From Catajapyx aquilonaris (lineage: Eukaryota), in NCBI GenBank assembly GCA_000934665.2, contig KZ538172.1:62001-112452 (forward strand): a DNA stretch of 50,452 nt, in the 5' to 3' direction. Below, one piece after another: positions 13,049 to 25,247 of the stretch (positions within the stretch are counted from its first letter, which is position 1; each line of letters begins with the position of its first letter). Position numbers and translations under genes: made by a program. The notes under the pieces are model-generated. The model was not told where the DNA came from. It ran no database searches and saw only the letters and a program-made list of their open reading frames with translations.

Positions 13049-14493
13049 TTTGTCCATGGAAATTCATCGTCATATTCGTGTTCCTTAGGTCACAAGTAGG
13101 CCTAACTCATAATTGGCATTCAGTTTGTCTTTGATTTGTTTTTGACCTCTGGGCAGTCAAAAAACCAAAATCCTCAAATATAGCAGTTTTTTTCCCCAAT
13201 CAAGTTGCTAGACCATCACCATCTCGGATTTTTCTGAAAATAATCACAGCTGTACACACCTATGCCGTAACACTGCATATCAAGTTTCAGCCAAATTGCG
13301 AAATACCGCGGAGAGGGAAAAAAATCGCGAAATTTTGAAAATGGGGCCTTTTTTTGGATTTTTTTTGTTATTGGAAGTGGTCAAAACCCAATCAACATAT
13401 ATATCAAATGAAAGGGAAACGCGAGTAGAATGCGCCTATAGAATTTTCTTTTCTCGAAAATGCACTTAGAAAAACGTATGGCATTCCATCGGTCACATAC
13501 TCACAGTCAGTAACATGTTCAAGTGTTTAGACCCCAACAATTAGTGATGTATTTGCGTAAGCGCAGCCATATTTGGTGACAGGAGTTGTGACCCATACCA
13601 GATTCAATATCTTATTATAATAATTCATACCCCGTTATCAGCCGGCGGCTCTTTAGGGGGTGAGTTCATCCCAATTTTGTTTTGACTGGAACGATTTGCT
13701 TTCATTTTTACTTTGCTTTTTGCGGGGATAGGATAGGGACGGAAGGAAGCGGCTGGGCCTATTATTTAGGAAGCAGTCCCGGAATTCTCCTGGGGGGGGG
13801 GGACCGTGGGAAACCACAGAAACCACAGAAACCACAGTTAGGATTGCCGGCCCCGGGACTCGAACCCAGGACCTCCCGATTATTAGCAGTCAAACACCTT
13901 ATCCACTCCACCAAACTGCTTCGGTATACAAGATTCAATATCTTCAGTTTCAATCCTGGACCATGCATGGCTCGTGAGAAAATAATAGATATGTTTGCCG
14001 AATTACCATTAATTTTAATGGGGCCAAATTCTTGGACATGTGACTGATGAAATGCCACGCATGTTTTTCTGAGTGCATTTTCGAGAAAAACAAAATCCAT
14101 AGGCACATTCTACTCGCGTTTCTCTTTCCTTTGATGTATATGTTGATTAGGTTTTGACCACTTCCAATAACCTAAAAAAAGTATCCGCAAAAAAGGCCAA
14201 AATTTCAAAGTTCGCGATTTTTTCCCTCCCCACGGTATTTCGCAATTTGGCTCAAACTTGATATCCAGTGTTACGGCATAGGTGTGTACAGCTGTGATTA
14301 TTTTCAGAAAAATCCGAGATGGTTTAGCAACATTTAGGCCCACTTGATCGGGAAAAAACTGCTATATATTTGAGGACCTTGGTTTTTTGACGGCCCCGAG
14401 GTCAAAAAACAAATCAAAGACAAAATGAATGCCCATTATGAGTTACTTGTGACCAAAGGAACGCGAATATGGCGATGAATTTCCATGAACAAA
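13049..14493. mobile_element. Foldback-type DNA element with ~450-bp inverted arms (unclassified)
   Basis: 13049-13498 is a reverse-complement copy of 14038-14493 (e.g. tctgaaaataatcacagctgtacacacctatgccgtaacactg); the loop contains a SINE. Confidence 0.85.
13614..13925 (-). mobile_element. tRNA-derived SINE, family 1 (tRNA-Ser(GCT)-like anticodon arm)
   Basis: A box, B box GGTTCGAGTCC, gactgctaat. TSD atac(c/a)agattcaatatctt at 13595-13613 and 13926-13944. Confidence 0.9.
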
Positions 14494-14644
14494 TATCGTG
14501 TTGCATTGTGTAATCATACATGCATTTGCATGATTTCGTCAGCACCGCGGTCAGCACACACGCACATGACTCCCATGTTACAGTAATTGTTTTAACAGGG
14601 CCAACCATGCTCGAGACGTGATCGCAATGACATGTATACAGTGT

Positions 14645-14768
14645 TGGACATTAATGGTGTCGTACTGTTGGAGTCACGAGCCAATTGCGGCAAAATAGCA
14701 AATCGAAGTGATGCTTTCGATTCGCTCTTTTGCCGCCACCGGCCAGTACGACACCATTAATGTCCAGT
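14645..14768. mobile_element. Small palindromic MITE
   Basis: Outer arms tggacattaatggtgtcgtactg / cagtacgacaccattaatgtcca; inner arms gcggcaaaatagcaaatcgaa / ttcgattcgctcttttgccgc. Confidence 0.75.
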
Positions 14769-14819
14769 ATTCGGCTAATTTTGAATCGACCGCCTCCTGC
14801 TCGTCACACCTGGCAACAT

Positions 14820-15181
14820 ACTGCCCTCAGCCAATCAGGACCCTACCCTTACTCTATTTACACAACAATATAATTTGAGAAATAAAATACTCTACAATAA
14901 TTTTAAAACAATACCCACTACAAATTCACTCTGTAGCGACCTAATTACGCAATTTAAGTATGTGGACTTTTATCTGGCCACACCTATCACACTGTCCATC
15001 ATCTGCTAACGAAGATACGGGACGGATAGATAGCCTTGAGCCTTGAGGGCGTCTATTTACCCGAGGTTTCGTGTCGTCATCACGTGACACTCATCAGATG
15101 ATGCACTAGTCACGTTCTTCAAATTCCCGTTTTGTATTCCGTATTTCGGGAGAGGCCATACACCATCTAAATTTTGTGAGT
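14820..15181 (+). promoter_or_regulatory. Probable VAMP7 promoter and non-coding first exon
   Basis: CCAAT box (agccaatcag, ~14829), CLEAR/E-box ATCACGTGAC at 15079-15088, near-match GTCACGTT at 15109-15116, CpG-containing context, and donor GTGAGT at 15176 that could splice to the acceptor at 17437. Confidence 0.55.
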
Positions 15182-16962
15182 ATGGATGACCAACAATAGG
15201 CTAGGGGCCTTATTGTTGCTCACATATGTGTGTGGAGGCATCTGGTGGGTGGAATTCAGAAAATTTTGCTGAGGATTCATTGTCATTGGATGTTTAATTT
15301 AGGCAATACATTCCAGGGTTTTTAATCAGTTGGTGGCGCAGGCACGTACGCAGTGTTTCTTTGGGTGTGACCTTTATCAGAGCAGTATCCGCTTGGAGTG
15401 GTTAGTAAGACTTGCTTTTGTGGCGGTGACTGTGATAGCTTATGACTTTTGTGTGCTTGCGTTACTAAATTCAGAAGTTTATCAATTTGGTTCATGAGAT
15501 CAACAAAATTTGTCAACTGTCCGAAGGTACATTATCGCAGTAGACGTGTAGACCGAAGAGGATGCAAATGTCATGTGCTTGTAGTGAAGGCAAATTGGTT
15601 GGTCACTTTTTAATAACCTCATCAGTTGAAAGGCAAGTTAAACAAATGCCAGTGAAGTCACTTTTAGAGGAAGGAGAGCGACCATCTGCAATGGAGGGAG
15701 GAAAAAAAATCTTTGTGAGAACAAGGCGTGTCTGCTGACAGTCTGTACCAATTTCATGTAACAGTTTTAGCTAATATTTTGTAACGGGACAGGCTAAAGG
15801 ATTTGCTTGCCTGTTATTCACAGTATGAAGTGTGCGTTGTCTAACGTGATTTTTTTGCATTGTGGAACCCATGATACCGTTACAAAGGTTGACACTCCCC
15901 ACTAAAAATTTGTCAGAGATTGATGCAGGCCCACTTCCAACATACTTTTGACAAATTACTAAATTTCATTTTCAGGTGACAAGGGGGAAGACATGTTATT
16001 TCTGTGCGTGTGCGAGATGTTTATTACAGCATGTTCATTTGCTTCTCACAGCCCCTCATGCTTCTTACTCCTTACTGGCATGGTCTCTTATGAATGGTGC
16101 TAATCTGCAAATAATTCTACAATCAAATGTCATGATTTATCAACATGCCTGAGAGGAGGCAGCAGGTGGCAGGTTTGTTTGTTTGAGTGGGAAAGAGCAA
16201 AGCAACTAATGCTATCTGGCTACTAGAAGATACATACAGGGTGAAGGCGTTAATCGTACTGTCGCTTTGGGAAATGATAGTGGGGTTCTATGCGATAATT
16301 TTAAGTAGTAGGCATCATGGATGTCCGCAGCATAGTTACAGAGAAAATATGCTTCAAACACAAGGTATAAAATATCCTTGTACATATGCATCCCTCCCTG
16401 TGGCCTTACCTTTTCCATTTAAATTTAAGGTGTTACCATGTAATTTCATTTTAATTTACGATCCTACTAGGTGTAGCAAGGAATGGCTTAGAGCCTAGAC
16501 GATGGAAGTGTCGTGAGTGGTATCCGAAACCTATAAGCTGGTATAATGCACTTTTTATTTAATGCTAATTATCTCGGTAACTATGCAGGGGAGACTCATG
16601 ATGCATGTACTTAAAATGATCGCCTAGAACCCCTCTATCATAGCCCAAAGCGACGGTGCAATAAATTTCTTCACCCTGTATATGGGACAGATGGTGATAT
16701 AGAGGAAAGGCGGTATGCCTTTGCCTTTCTCCCACAAGTGGCTGTGCTTTCTCTTACCCTATGAAGACCTTTCCAGCTTGGGTGACCCTGCCAGTAGATG
16801 AAGCTACCAACAATGTATCTCTTGGGGTTGTTGGATAAATACAATTCCCCAAACCACAACAAGGTGAAGATACCATCAGGAAGGCAGTTGACAGGAAGTG
16901 ATCAACTCCTGCCTCCTCTCAGGCATATCTGTTCACCTTGTAGCATGATCATTAGTGACAGT

Positions 16963-17243
16963 CAGTGGCGGATCCAGCAATTTTTTCTAGGGGGGGCGCA
17001 GGGCCCGCCGCAGCCTAAATTTTTTTTCGGTTCAAGGTCACAACTCTTCCTCGCGACCCCAAATTTGGGGCAAAAAGGAAAAGAACCCATAGAACAGTGC
17101 AATTTTGCACTGTTCTAGAGGATTTTTGTGAGTTTTTCCCCCCCGTTTTTTTACTTTTATTCCATTTTTTTCCCCTCTGGGGGAGCCATAGGGGGGGGGG
17201 GGNCGATCGCCCCTTCGCCCCCCCCCCCCTGGATCCGCCCCAG
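16963..17243. mobile_element. Non-autonomous hAT element
   Basis: TIR CAGTGGCGGATCCAG / CTGGATCCGCCCCAG; perfect 8-bp TSD gtgacagt. Confidence 0.9.
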
Positions 17244-17483
17244 GTGACAGTAAAAATATCAGTTTTTTACAAGAAAGTGGCAACTTTTTTTTGGAAAGTG
17301 TTGGCAAGGGCTAAGACCAGATTCTTCCTATCGTAAAAAATGAAACCTATATTGGCATAACCTGCTCTACACTGCACCAAAGAACCCAAAATGTATGACT
17401 CTGCCTTTTCTTTCTACATCAAACCTTTTATTGCAGATTGGGTAGCACTTGGCAGCTAAGCTGCAAACTGACGCTGGAGGAAG

Positions 17484-17687
17484 ATGCCAATTTTGTACAC
17501 CGTCATCAGCAGGGGTCGAACTGTACTGGCCAAGTATGCAAGCTGCTCCGGCAACTTCTCTGAGGTTACCGAGGAAATCCTGGACAAGATAAGCCCAGAG
17601 GATGGGAAGATGACATACTCACATGGCAGTTACCTCTTTCATTATGTGTCTCAGGATGGGATCGTCTACCTTTGTATCACTGATGAT
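17484..17687 (+). CDS. VAMP7: VAMP7 coding exon 1 (longin domain N-term, aa 1-68)
   Basis: MPILYTVISRGRTVLAKYASCSGNFSEVTEEILDKISPEDGKMTYSHGSYLFHYVSQDGIVYLCITDD closely matches the VAMP7 longin domain, including Y45. Acceptor ttgcag precedes 17437 (5'UTR part 17437-17483); donor gtaagc at 17688; 204 nt, phase 0. Confidence 0.97.
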
Positions 17688-18436
17688 GTAAGCTGCAATT
17701 CCAAGTCCACATGCTAATTCATATCAATAAGAACAGAGTGAGAGAGATAAGTTATTGAATTTGTAGTACCGGTATGTTGTTATTTATTATTTACTTTAGT
17801 ATCTTTCAAGCTTGTAATTGCTTTGTGTCATAAATTTTTACTAACCTGTTAATAGAAACAGTATTATTGATTTCACTTGTACTCTCAGTTTAGTGTAATC
17901 AGCTTTCTTGTTCAACTTAAAAATCACAATCATATTGAGTTAAAAAACACCATAAGGGACACTTCCTATGAGGATTTACATGAGTCACGGTTCTGTTCTC
18001 ATGGAATCAACAGAAATCAAGACCACAGATGGTCATTGCTTATTAGGTGAGGTTTCAGAAGCGCGTGATGCAACCAGGTAATGAATGTGATAGCTTATTG
18101 TTACTTATATGTTGCATTAGCAGACCATTTCAAAGGCTGCTTCTCCCTTATTCACCATAAAAAGTGAGTCTCAATCTTTTTATTAATTATGACTATGATC
18201 TTTCCCAGTTACTTGTGCAGAGCAAGTTGGTACTTTTGTGATTCCTTCAAAGAAAAATGCAATCAGTATGGAACATTTATATTAGCAGGGCAATCTTTAA
18301 AACAAGCAATATTTTTGTGATTTTTTAAGTGCCAAGCATGACCTACATGCTAAAGAGGTCCTTTATATTGATGCAGTATCAGTGTCCACCAAAAATTATT
18401 TACATAATTGAGTCATGGAAATTTACAGTAAGTCAA

Positions 18437-18606
18437 GCAGCGTTTACATGTGAGCGATTTGACGAGCGAAGTCATCGCCTTCCAGTAGCATCGCTGAGTA
18501 ACCCAAGTAACCAGTATTGTTTGAGGCGAAAATTGATTGTTATTTTCGCCTCAAACAATATTGGTTACTTCACTCAGCGGAGACTTCCCTTGTCAATTCG
18601 CTCACC
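18437..18606. mobile_element. Palindromic MITE (related copy at 31101-31524)
   Basis: Start gcagcgtttacatgtgagcga; inner arms gtaaccagtattgtttgaggcgaaaat / attttcgcctcaaacaatattggttac. Confidence 0.7.
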
Positions 18607-18653
18607 TTCATCCAAGAATGCAAATTTTTGTCAATGAATATTAGTGTTTTACA

Positions 18654-20280
18654 GTTCTGCCGTCCCAAGTAGAAACACCGTAACTTCAAAACTAGTAATG
18701 GTGAAAGTCGCGTGCATCCCCTGCACTAATCCCCAGTGGGACAGGGTTAGTCCAGGGCAGGCATGCGACTTTCACCATTACTACACTCCGAATCACATAA
18801 AGTGTGAACCTTTTTGGATACCCATACGCCCGAGGGGTCGGTGAGCCGCCGCGTCGCAAAATTGGTCTCCGGTATCTCTGGCTTTCATGTACATGTACAT
18901 GTAATTCGAATGCCTAATTATCATTGGCAGCCCATGCGGTAACTGCAGCGCTACGCAAACTGCACATTTTGTTGTGAAGAGGGGTAGGGCCCGGCATGTT
19001 GGGCACTACTTTCAGGCTGTTCACCGACCCCTCAGGCATATGCATACAGTGGCGGATTACCCATAACACCACACTAGGCCATGGCCTAGGGCGGCATATG
19101 TTGAAGGGCGGCAACCGGCAAGTTTTAAAAAAGCATAATTATATAAATATAATTATAGCAACGCAGCATTATATATTCATATTATATTAGCACGTATTTT
19201 CGAGCCGGTCAGACGGCTTTTGGAGGTGGATTCGTAGAAACAGTTACAGGCTGCAGGCGGTCTAAAGCAGCGGTTCTCAAATTGTGGGGCGCGCCCCCCT
19301 GGGGGCAAGGGGGGCGCGGGGCAAATCCAAAAATTATGTGACTCGAAACAGGACAAAAGTCACACTGATTAGGTAAGAACTACTACTCAGGGCTTACTGT
19401 AGCGTGCAGTTCTAAAAGCTAAATGTGCAGTTCTGAATAAGGATTTGTGCACTCAGATAATAGCAGATAAGTCTGTTATATCCGGATTCAACTGCGCTTG
19501 GCACTGCTGGAAATATGAAGGGATCGGTCTTTCTACTTGCTTATATTCAATGTGCTTACAGTATAGGAGGATTCCACTGTATTTTGTCAGTTATTACATT
19601 CACCTAAGATTGTGTGGCCTTGAACAAAAAAACAATTCCGCCTGCGCCGGCTTCTTCGGTTTGGGGGAGGGGGCGCGAAATCTGAAATTACTTTCTAGGG
19701 GGCCCCGATGTGACAAAGTTTGAGAACCGCTAGTCTAAATCCAGCGGTTCTTCACCTGGGGTGCCAGGTGGCTCCCCTGAGGGTGCGAGAAGGGGTGCCA
19801 AATGTTCCATAATGGTACACAAAAAATACACTAATTTCTTACAGCCTGATGTTACTCTGTAATTTCACTTCCATGAATACAGTGCTACCAATTTCATCAA
19901 ATCTCCCAGTCAGTTACATTCACCTAAGCTTGTGTGACCTTGAACCCAACAAATTTTCGCCTCCTCACCTTTTCCGATTTGTCATACTCTTTCATTGAAG
20001 GATATTTCATTTAAATTTACTCACATTTAAATTAAATCCGCAATATTGGCCCAAAAAGGTTAAGAACCACTGGCCTAAACCGTGTCCACCGTGGTCCCCC
20101 CCCCCCCCNCCCCCCCCCCCCCGCCTGCCCTGATGTTTCCGGGGGCGGCAATTTCAGGACTGGCCTAGGGCGGCAAAGAAGGCTAATCCACCACTGTATG
20201 CATGTCGGAAAAGGTTCACTCTTACGTGAATCGGAGAGTAGTTTTGAAGTTAGGGTGTTTCTCCTTGGGACAGCAGAGTT
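18654..20280. mobile_element. Four-level nest of DNA transposons (palindromic MITE > TA-MITE 18784-20238 > hAT 19047-20196 > tandem hATs 19268-19732 and 19742-20072)
   Basis: Each layer has paired TIRs. Inner TSDs: TA; tatgcat(a/g); gtctaaag / gtctaaat / gcctaaac. Confidence 0.88.
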
Positions 20281-20850
20281 GCATTAGTAACACACACACT
20301 GATTCACTCATGCATGTGACTGTATTCTGCTTTTGGCAGAATGAAAGTGACTTGTAACAAATATAAACTGGAATATGAACGTTTCATTCAAATTGTTTGT
20401 AATAATTATATTGTCATCAGTTTTGTCTGTATTGTTTCTGTGGCTGGAATCTTGTAAGAGAGCGACTGACTGTGCATCTAGATTATATAACCCGCAGGAA
20501 TTGCTGGCTGTATATTTTTTTATTCCATGGTGGATGCTATGCCATGCCCCATGTCAGGATTAATGTTGTTGTGTGGTATACTATGATAGTGTTCATAATG
20601 GAATTTTAAAAATTCAGTCTGCAATTCCAAAAGTGGCTTGCATGACTGCCTGACTGTTTCATTCCTACAAGAATCCAGAAAATGAGCACAAATAACAAGG
20701 AATGCTGCATGTATGATCAAAATACAGTGGTGCAGCTAATGATAAGAAGTGTGGCATCACCAAGTCATGACTAGCACTAGAAGCATGACTGTTGACTCAT
20801 TCACTTGAGGGTACAACTCATATTTGGCATTCTTTCACATTTTATTGCAG

Positions 20851-20988
20851 GAGTTTGATCGTTCCAGAGCATTCCTCTATCTCTCAGACGTGAAGAGAAG
20901 GTTCCAGACAAACTACGGTGCTAGAGTCCGAACTGCTATGCCATACGCCATGAACACTGAGTTTTCAAGGATTCTCTCCAATGAGATG
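20851..20988 (+). CDS. VAMP7: VAMP7 coding exon 2 (aa 69-114)
   Basis: ttgcag|EFDRSRAFLYLSDVKRRFQTNYGARVRTAMPYAMNTEFSRILSNEM|gtgagt; 138 nt. Confidence 0.97.
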
Positions 20989-21607
20989 GTGAGTGCAGAG
21001 TGGTTCTTGACGATACTTTTCCAGCAATTACTTTCACCTTGAAACCAAGGGAGAGTTACAAGAGGAACTCTTCTACATCAATATGACATTCAGTTGGTAC
21101 TGACATAAAAACCCTTTTCATGATATTGCCTTGCAGTGTGCCTGTTGCGGTCTCTTTCAAATTGAAAATTATTTTTTGTGGTGAAAAAGTAATGTATGAA
21201 GATTTTAACATATAAAAATTGAGTGCCAACCTCAACTGGAGTTATGTCTTAACCATATTTTCACTCATAGAGTGGCATGCGAGTATACAGCTGAGCACCA
21301 GGCTGGTAAGCGAGTGTAAAGGAGTAATTTTTATTACTTGCTCATTCCCTTGATAACTATTTGATATTTTAATTTTAGCCATTATATTGAAAGCCTGCAA
21401 ACACCTTGTTTGGTGAGACAAAACTAATAGCATGTTAAGGTGAAGTATAAATCGTCGGCACTAAGGCGAAAGGGCGAATAGACCATTTTTCAGAAAATTG
21501 CTATAATGCACATTTTATGGTGAAATCGCCCACAGCAGATTTTGGTGAAAGGACAAATGTGTACATGGAACAGTGTGCCTGCAGTGATACTTGATTAGTG
21601 AGGACTA

Positions 21608-22973
21608 CGAGGGCCAGTCAAAAGAAATTGAGGCTGATTTTTTATGTGACAAAGAGGAACCGAAGCAGTAGTGGTGTAGAGGATATGGTGTCCGACTGCT
21701 AATCAGGAGGTCCTGGGTTCGAGTCCCGGAGGCCGGCGGTCCTGACCTTGGTTTTCTGTGGTTTTCCAAGGTCACCCCAGGGAAATCCCGGGATCGTACC
21801 GTTAAATAGGCCACAGCCACTTCCTTTCTTTCCCTGCCCTGGAGGAGGCGCGGTGTTCGGTGGGGGGCTTCCGGCCGCGCCTAGGGGGCTGTCTAAGCTT
21901 GGCCCCCTGAGGGACTGCACACGGCCCCACCACAGGACAATGCACTGCACCTTTGTTCCTCCCTCCTTATCCCTTCCCTGTCCCTGCACCAGTGAGACTG
22001 AAAAGTATAGAAAATGGAGGAGATCTCCTCCCCCTGCATTGACCAATTGGACTCAAGGGGGAACCAAAAATAAATAAATAAATAAAGAAAAATAAATGTG
22101 ACAAAGAGAATTAGTTCATGACTTGCAGTGAATGGCATCGTGTCCAGAATGGATTGAAGTATTAGAACACCAATTCTTGTTCGAATCTTCCACGATCCCA
22201 AGCGACGGTGGCATTGTAAGTAGACCTAGGATCACATTCGCGAGGACCAATATTCAGCGTTGAGGTTTTGCTGCCATTTGAAGACAACAGTGACAAAGGC
22301 GTATGACTTGCTAAGAAATGGTGAAAATGTGTCCCACAGCATTCCGATGGTATAGGGCATTCAACAAGGGTCTATAGTCGGCTCTCAAAGAGACAGATCT
22401 GCAGACACCCATCAGGGTTCTTACAGAGGAGATCATTAACACCACGTGCAGTAATTGTCCGGGAAGATCACCGCATGACCGTCGATGACCTTGCCAGAAT
22501 GATTGGTACCTTCAGTGGTAGTGTCCACACGATTTTGCATTGACCATTTGCACATGCAATGCGTTTGCACCTGATGCGATGGGACCCCAGGCTGTTGACT
22601 CCAGAGCAGAGGCAGATGTGGGAGGAAGTTTGCAAAGAGTTGCAACATCTTGTGGCCTCACGTGGTGACCAGTATCTGCTGTTCACAATCTTAGCATGTC
22701 GTACATCTCTTTGGCTGTTTTATTCAAATGGAGGCAAAACCTCAACACTGAATTTTGGTCCTCACCACGGACCTCCTGGCAGAGCAGAGGCAAATGTGAA
22801 CCTAGGTCTATGCTTCCACTGTCACCATGGCCTGGGATCGTGGAATATTTGAACAAGAATTGGTGTTCTAATACTTCAATCCATACTGGACGCAATGCCA
22901 TTCACCGCGAGTCATGAACTAATACTCTTTGTCACATAAAAAATCAGTCTTAATTTGTTTTGACTGGCCCTCG
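21608..22973 (+). mobile_element. Mariner-derived foldback element (5' transposase remnant; both ends are the 5' end)
   Basis: TA-CGAGGGCCAGTCAAAA...TTTTGACTGGCCCTCG-TA. Remnant IVREDHRMTVDDLARMIG..GSVHTILH...RWDPRLLTPEQRQ (~WVPRLL motif). The right arm encodes QNSVLRFCLHLNKTAKEMYDML on the minus strand. Confidence 0.88.
21657..22095 (+). mobile_element. tRNA-derived SINE, family 1, inside the mariner left arm
   Basis: Same head, (AAAT)n tail. Perfect 13-bp TSD atgtgacaaagag at 21644-21656 and 22096-22108. Confidence 0.92.
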
Positions 22974-23159
22974 TACTTTCAACGTATTTTTGCCTCGCCT
23001 GTAAAATTTCTACAATGGTCTATTCGCCCTTTCTCCTTAATGCTGACGAAAGGTGAACTCATAACTGTCTTAAAATAATGAAACTTTGCCCGGAGAGTGG
23101 GAAGGACGATTGTGCATTCTCACAAAAAATTTGCGAAATGATGTTTGTGAGATTATATA

Positions 23160-24052
23160 CTGTATTACCTCTCATATTGCAGCATGCCGGTGTAGGCGAG
23201 GTCGACAAGTTTTTTAAAATGCTTGATCTGGTGGCTATACCGGCATGCCGATCTAAGCGAGGTATAAGGCGCGGTTTTCACATAAGTTACATTATCCTTT
23301 CTGAACTTGACATTTGCCTGAAAATCGAAATTCACGTAAAGGCTATCAAAAAGGCACATTTCCCAAATAGGGTACCCATTCCATATATTGTTTTCAATCG
23401 CAGTGTTTGGCAATAATCTCTATTTAAACAGAATGTTAGAGCAGGGGGTTCCCTTGTCAAAGCACGCTGACGATGGGATTGGTCATACACTATACATTTT
23501 TTAAACAACAGAACTGACATATTCTCACAGCGTGTGCACTTGCGCATTTTAATTGTAACATTATTTTAGTAATAATAATAATGCTGGGGTAATGTGCTTT
23601 CGCCCCCACAAGGGAGCATATCACACGGACCTTCATTTACTGAGGTACATTTGGTGCCTATTCATTTGAAATGCCCGGGCCCACAGGCAGGATGACGGGA
23701 GGGGATGTGCAAGGTGCAGTGCATCTGACGCTGGGGCCATTTTTAGTGAACTCCCCCGGGTAGTTTAGTCTGTTGGAAATACCACCCGAGACGAAGCCAG
23801 AGGTGACCCTGAACTCTGCACGAGATGGAGGGGGTATCCCCGGGTTGGGATCGAACCCGGGACCTTAACATCCATGGGCGCATACGTTACCGCAGCACCA
23901 CTTCGCCTCCCCACACATTATTTTAGTATGGTACCAGAAGCATTCCAAAAAATTGGGCAAGGATCAAAATTACGGAAATCTACCTCTGTTATTGCCACAT
24001 GCCGGCCACCCCCGGGTTATACCGGCATGCCGCAATATGAGAGGTAATACGG
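23160..24052. mobile_element. Tc1/pogo-type non-autonomous element (TA TSD) containing a SINE
   Basis: TIR C(C/T)GTATTACCTCTCATATTGC(G/A)GCATGCCGGT at both ends, flanked by TA. Confidence 0.85.
23572..23914 (-). mobile_element. tRNA-derived SINE, family 2
   Basis: B box GGTTCGATCCC, (TTA)n tail. 14-bp TSD acattattttagta at 23558-23571 and 23915-23928. Confidence 0.9.
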
Positions 24053-24173
24053 TATGAAGTTTTTCAGCAACCCACATTATAATAACTACAGAGTAGTTTT
24101 GTGCTATATCAGTGGAATAACTGATTGCCTATGATTTAATACACTGGGCAATTATTTGAAATGAATACCAAGG

Positions 24174-24409
24174 ATACCAGGGTGTTCCAAGTTTGTGGGT
24201 CGTTTTTAGTTATCACTGATCTTGCCGAAGTAGTTATTTTTTTGTAGTTTGTTGTGCCCCAATCCAAGTACCTCAGTACTATCAGGTGGTCAAATGTAGC
24301 AGTGGCTACAGAATAGAGCACCTGGATTGGGGCACAACAAGCTACAAAAAAATAACAGCTTTGAGTGCATATAACTAAAAGGACCCACGAACTTGGAACA
24401 CACTGTATC
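24174..24409. mobile_element. Palindromic CAGGGTG-type Tc1/mariner MITE (diverged)
   Basis: cagggtgttccaagtttgtgggtc / gacccacgaacttggaacacactg, plus inner ttgttgtgccccaatcca arms. Confidence 0.75.
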
Positions 24410-25247
24410 TAGTCAACCAAAATAATACAAGTAGATTTACTAAAATAGCATCATAGGACAAGAAATTTCTGAATTTTTTAATGTTACAGGTGTTAAAATG
24501 TGGACCTTTAGTCATACGTCAGACCTGTACTGCTTAACCGGCATGTAGTGAGTGCTTGTAAAATCACACCACATCATGTCATGATTGTCTATTTCTGCCT
24601 TGAAGGGAGGAAGGCATGTGAAGAGCAGCTATGCCTCTAGCCACTCCCACGTTTCTCATGGTGATTGCCCCCCTGGAAAAAATACGATACAGGTCCATTG
24701 TGATGGATTGCAATTTTATTAGCACTCACGACATGTTGCTCAAGCAATGTGCAAATTCTTCCCTGTCCATTCATGCATTAGAGAGACTCATGTAAATTTC
24801 TTACAGGTGAATGCTTTGTTTAAGAGCAGCAATGAGTTTGGTAGCAGTAGCACAAACTCAATGTAGCCTATGATGTTGCCTCACAATCTGATTTAGTTAG
24901 TGACATTGGAGGCCAAGCATTTGCCTGCCTTAATCTAACCATCTGATAGTCAGCCAGATGCACCTTTCTTACATATGCATCTAGTCTCTACCAGCTGCTC
25001 TAACATCTTCTAACTTACCGTGGCCTCATGGTCATGACCCTATTTGGTACTGTATGTCGAAGTCACCTTCCACACATCACAGATTCCGTATGAGAAAACG
25101 ACAATCAGGTGCATACTTTTGTTGAGGGGCTGTCATTTGAAATTTTCCCTCATTATGCCAGCCAGTCAGTCACATTTGTTTTGTGGCAAGGGTCCAAAGT
25201 CCCAAGTCATTTCTTGTTCTAAATAGAGAAGGAAATGCTGCTCAGTA

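Larger units (their letters stand above)
21453..23048. mobile_element. Sola-like non-autonomous element hosting the mariner derivative
   Basis: TIR cgtcggcactaaggcgaaagggcgaatagaccatt and its imperfect inverse; 4-bp flanks aaat/aaag. Confidence 0.6.

Noticed and set aside
21660..21740. tRNA-Ser(GCT) gene (also at 13.9 kb and 27.9 kb)
   Set aside because: No long variable arm or proper acceptor stem; followed by a SINE body and tail and bounded by TSDs.
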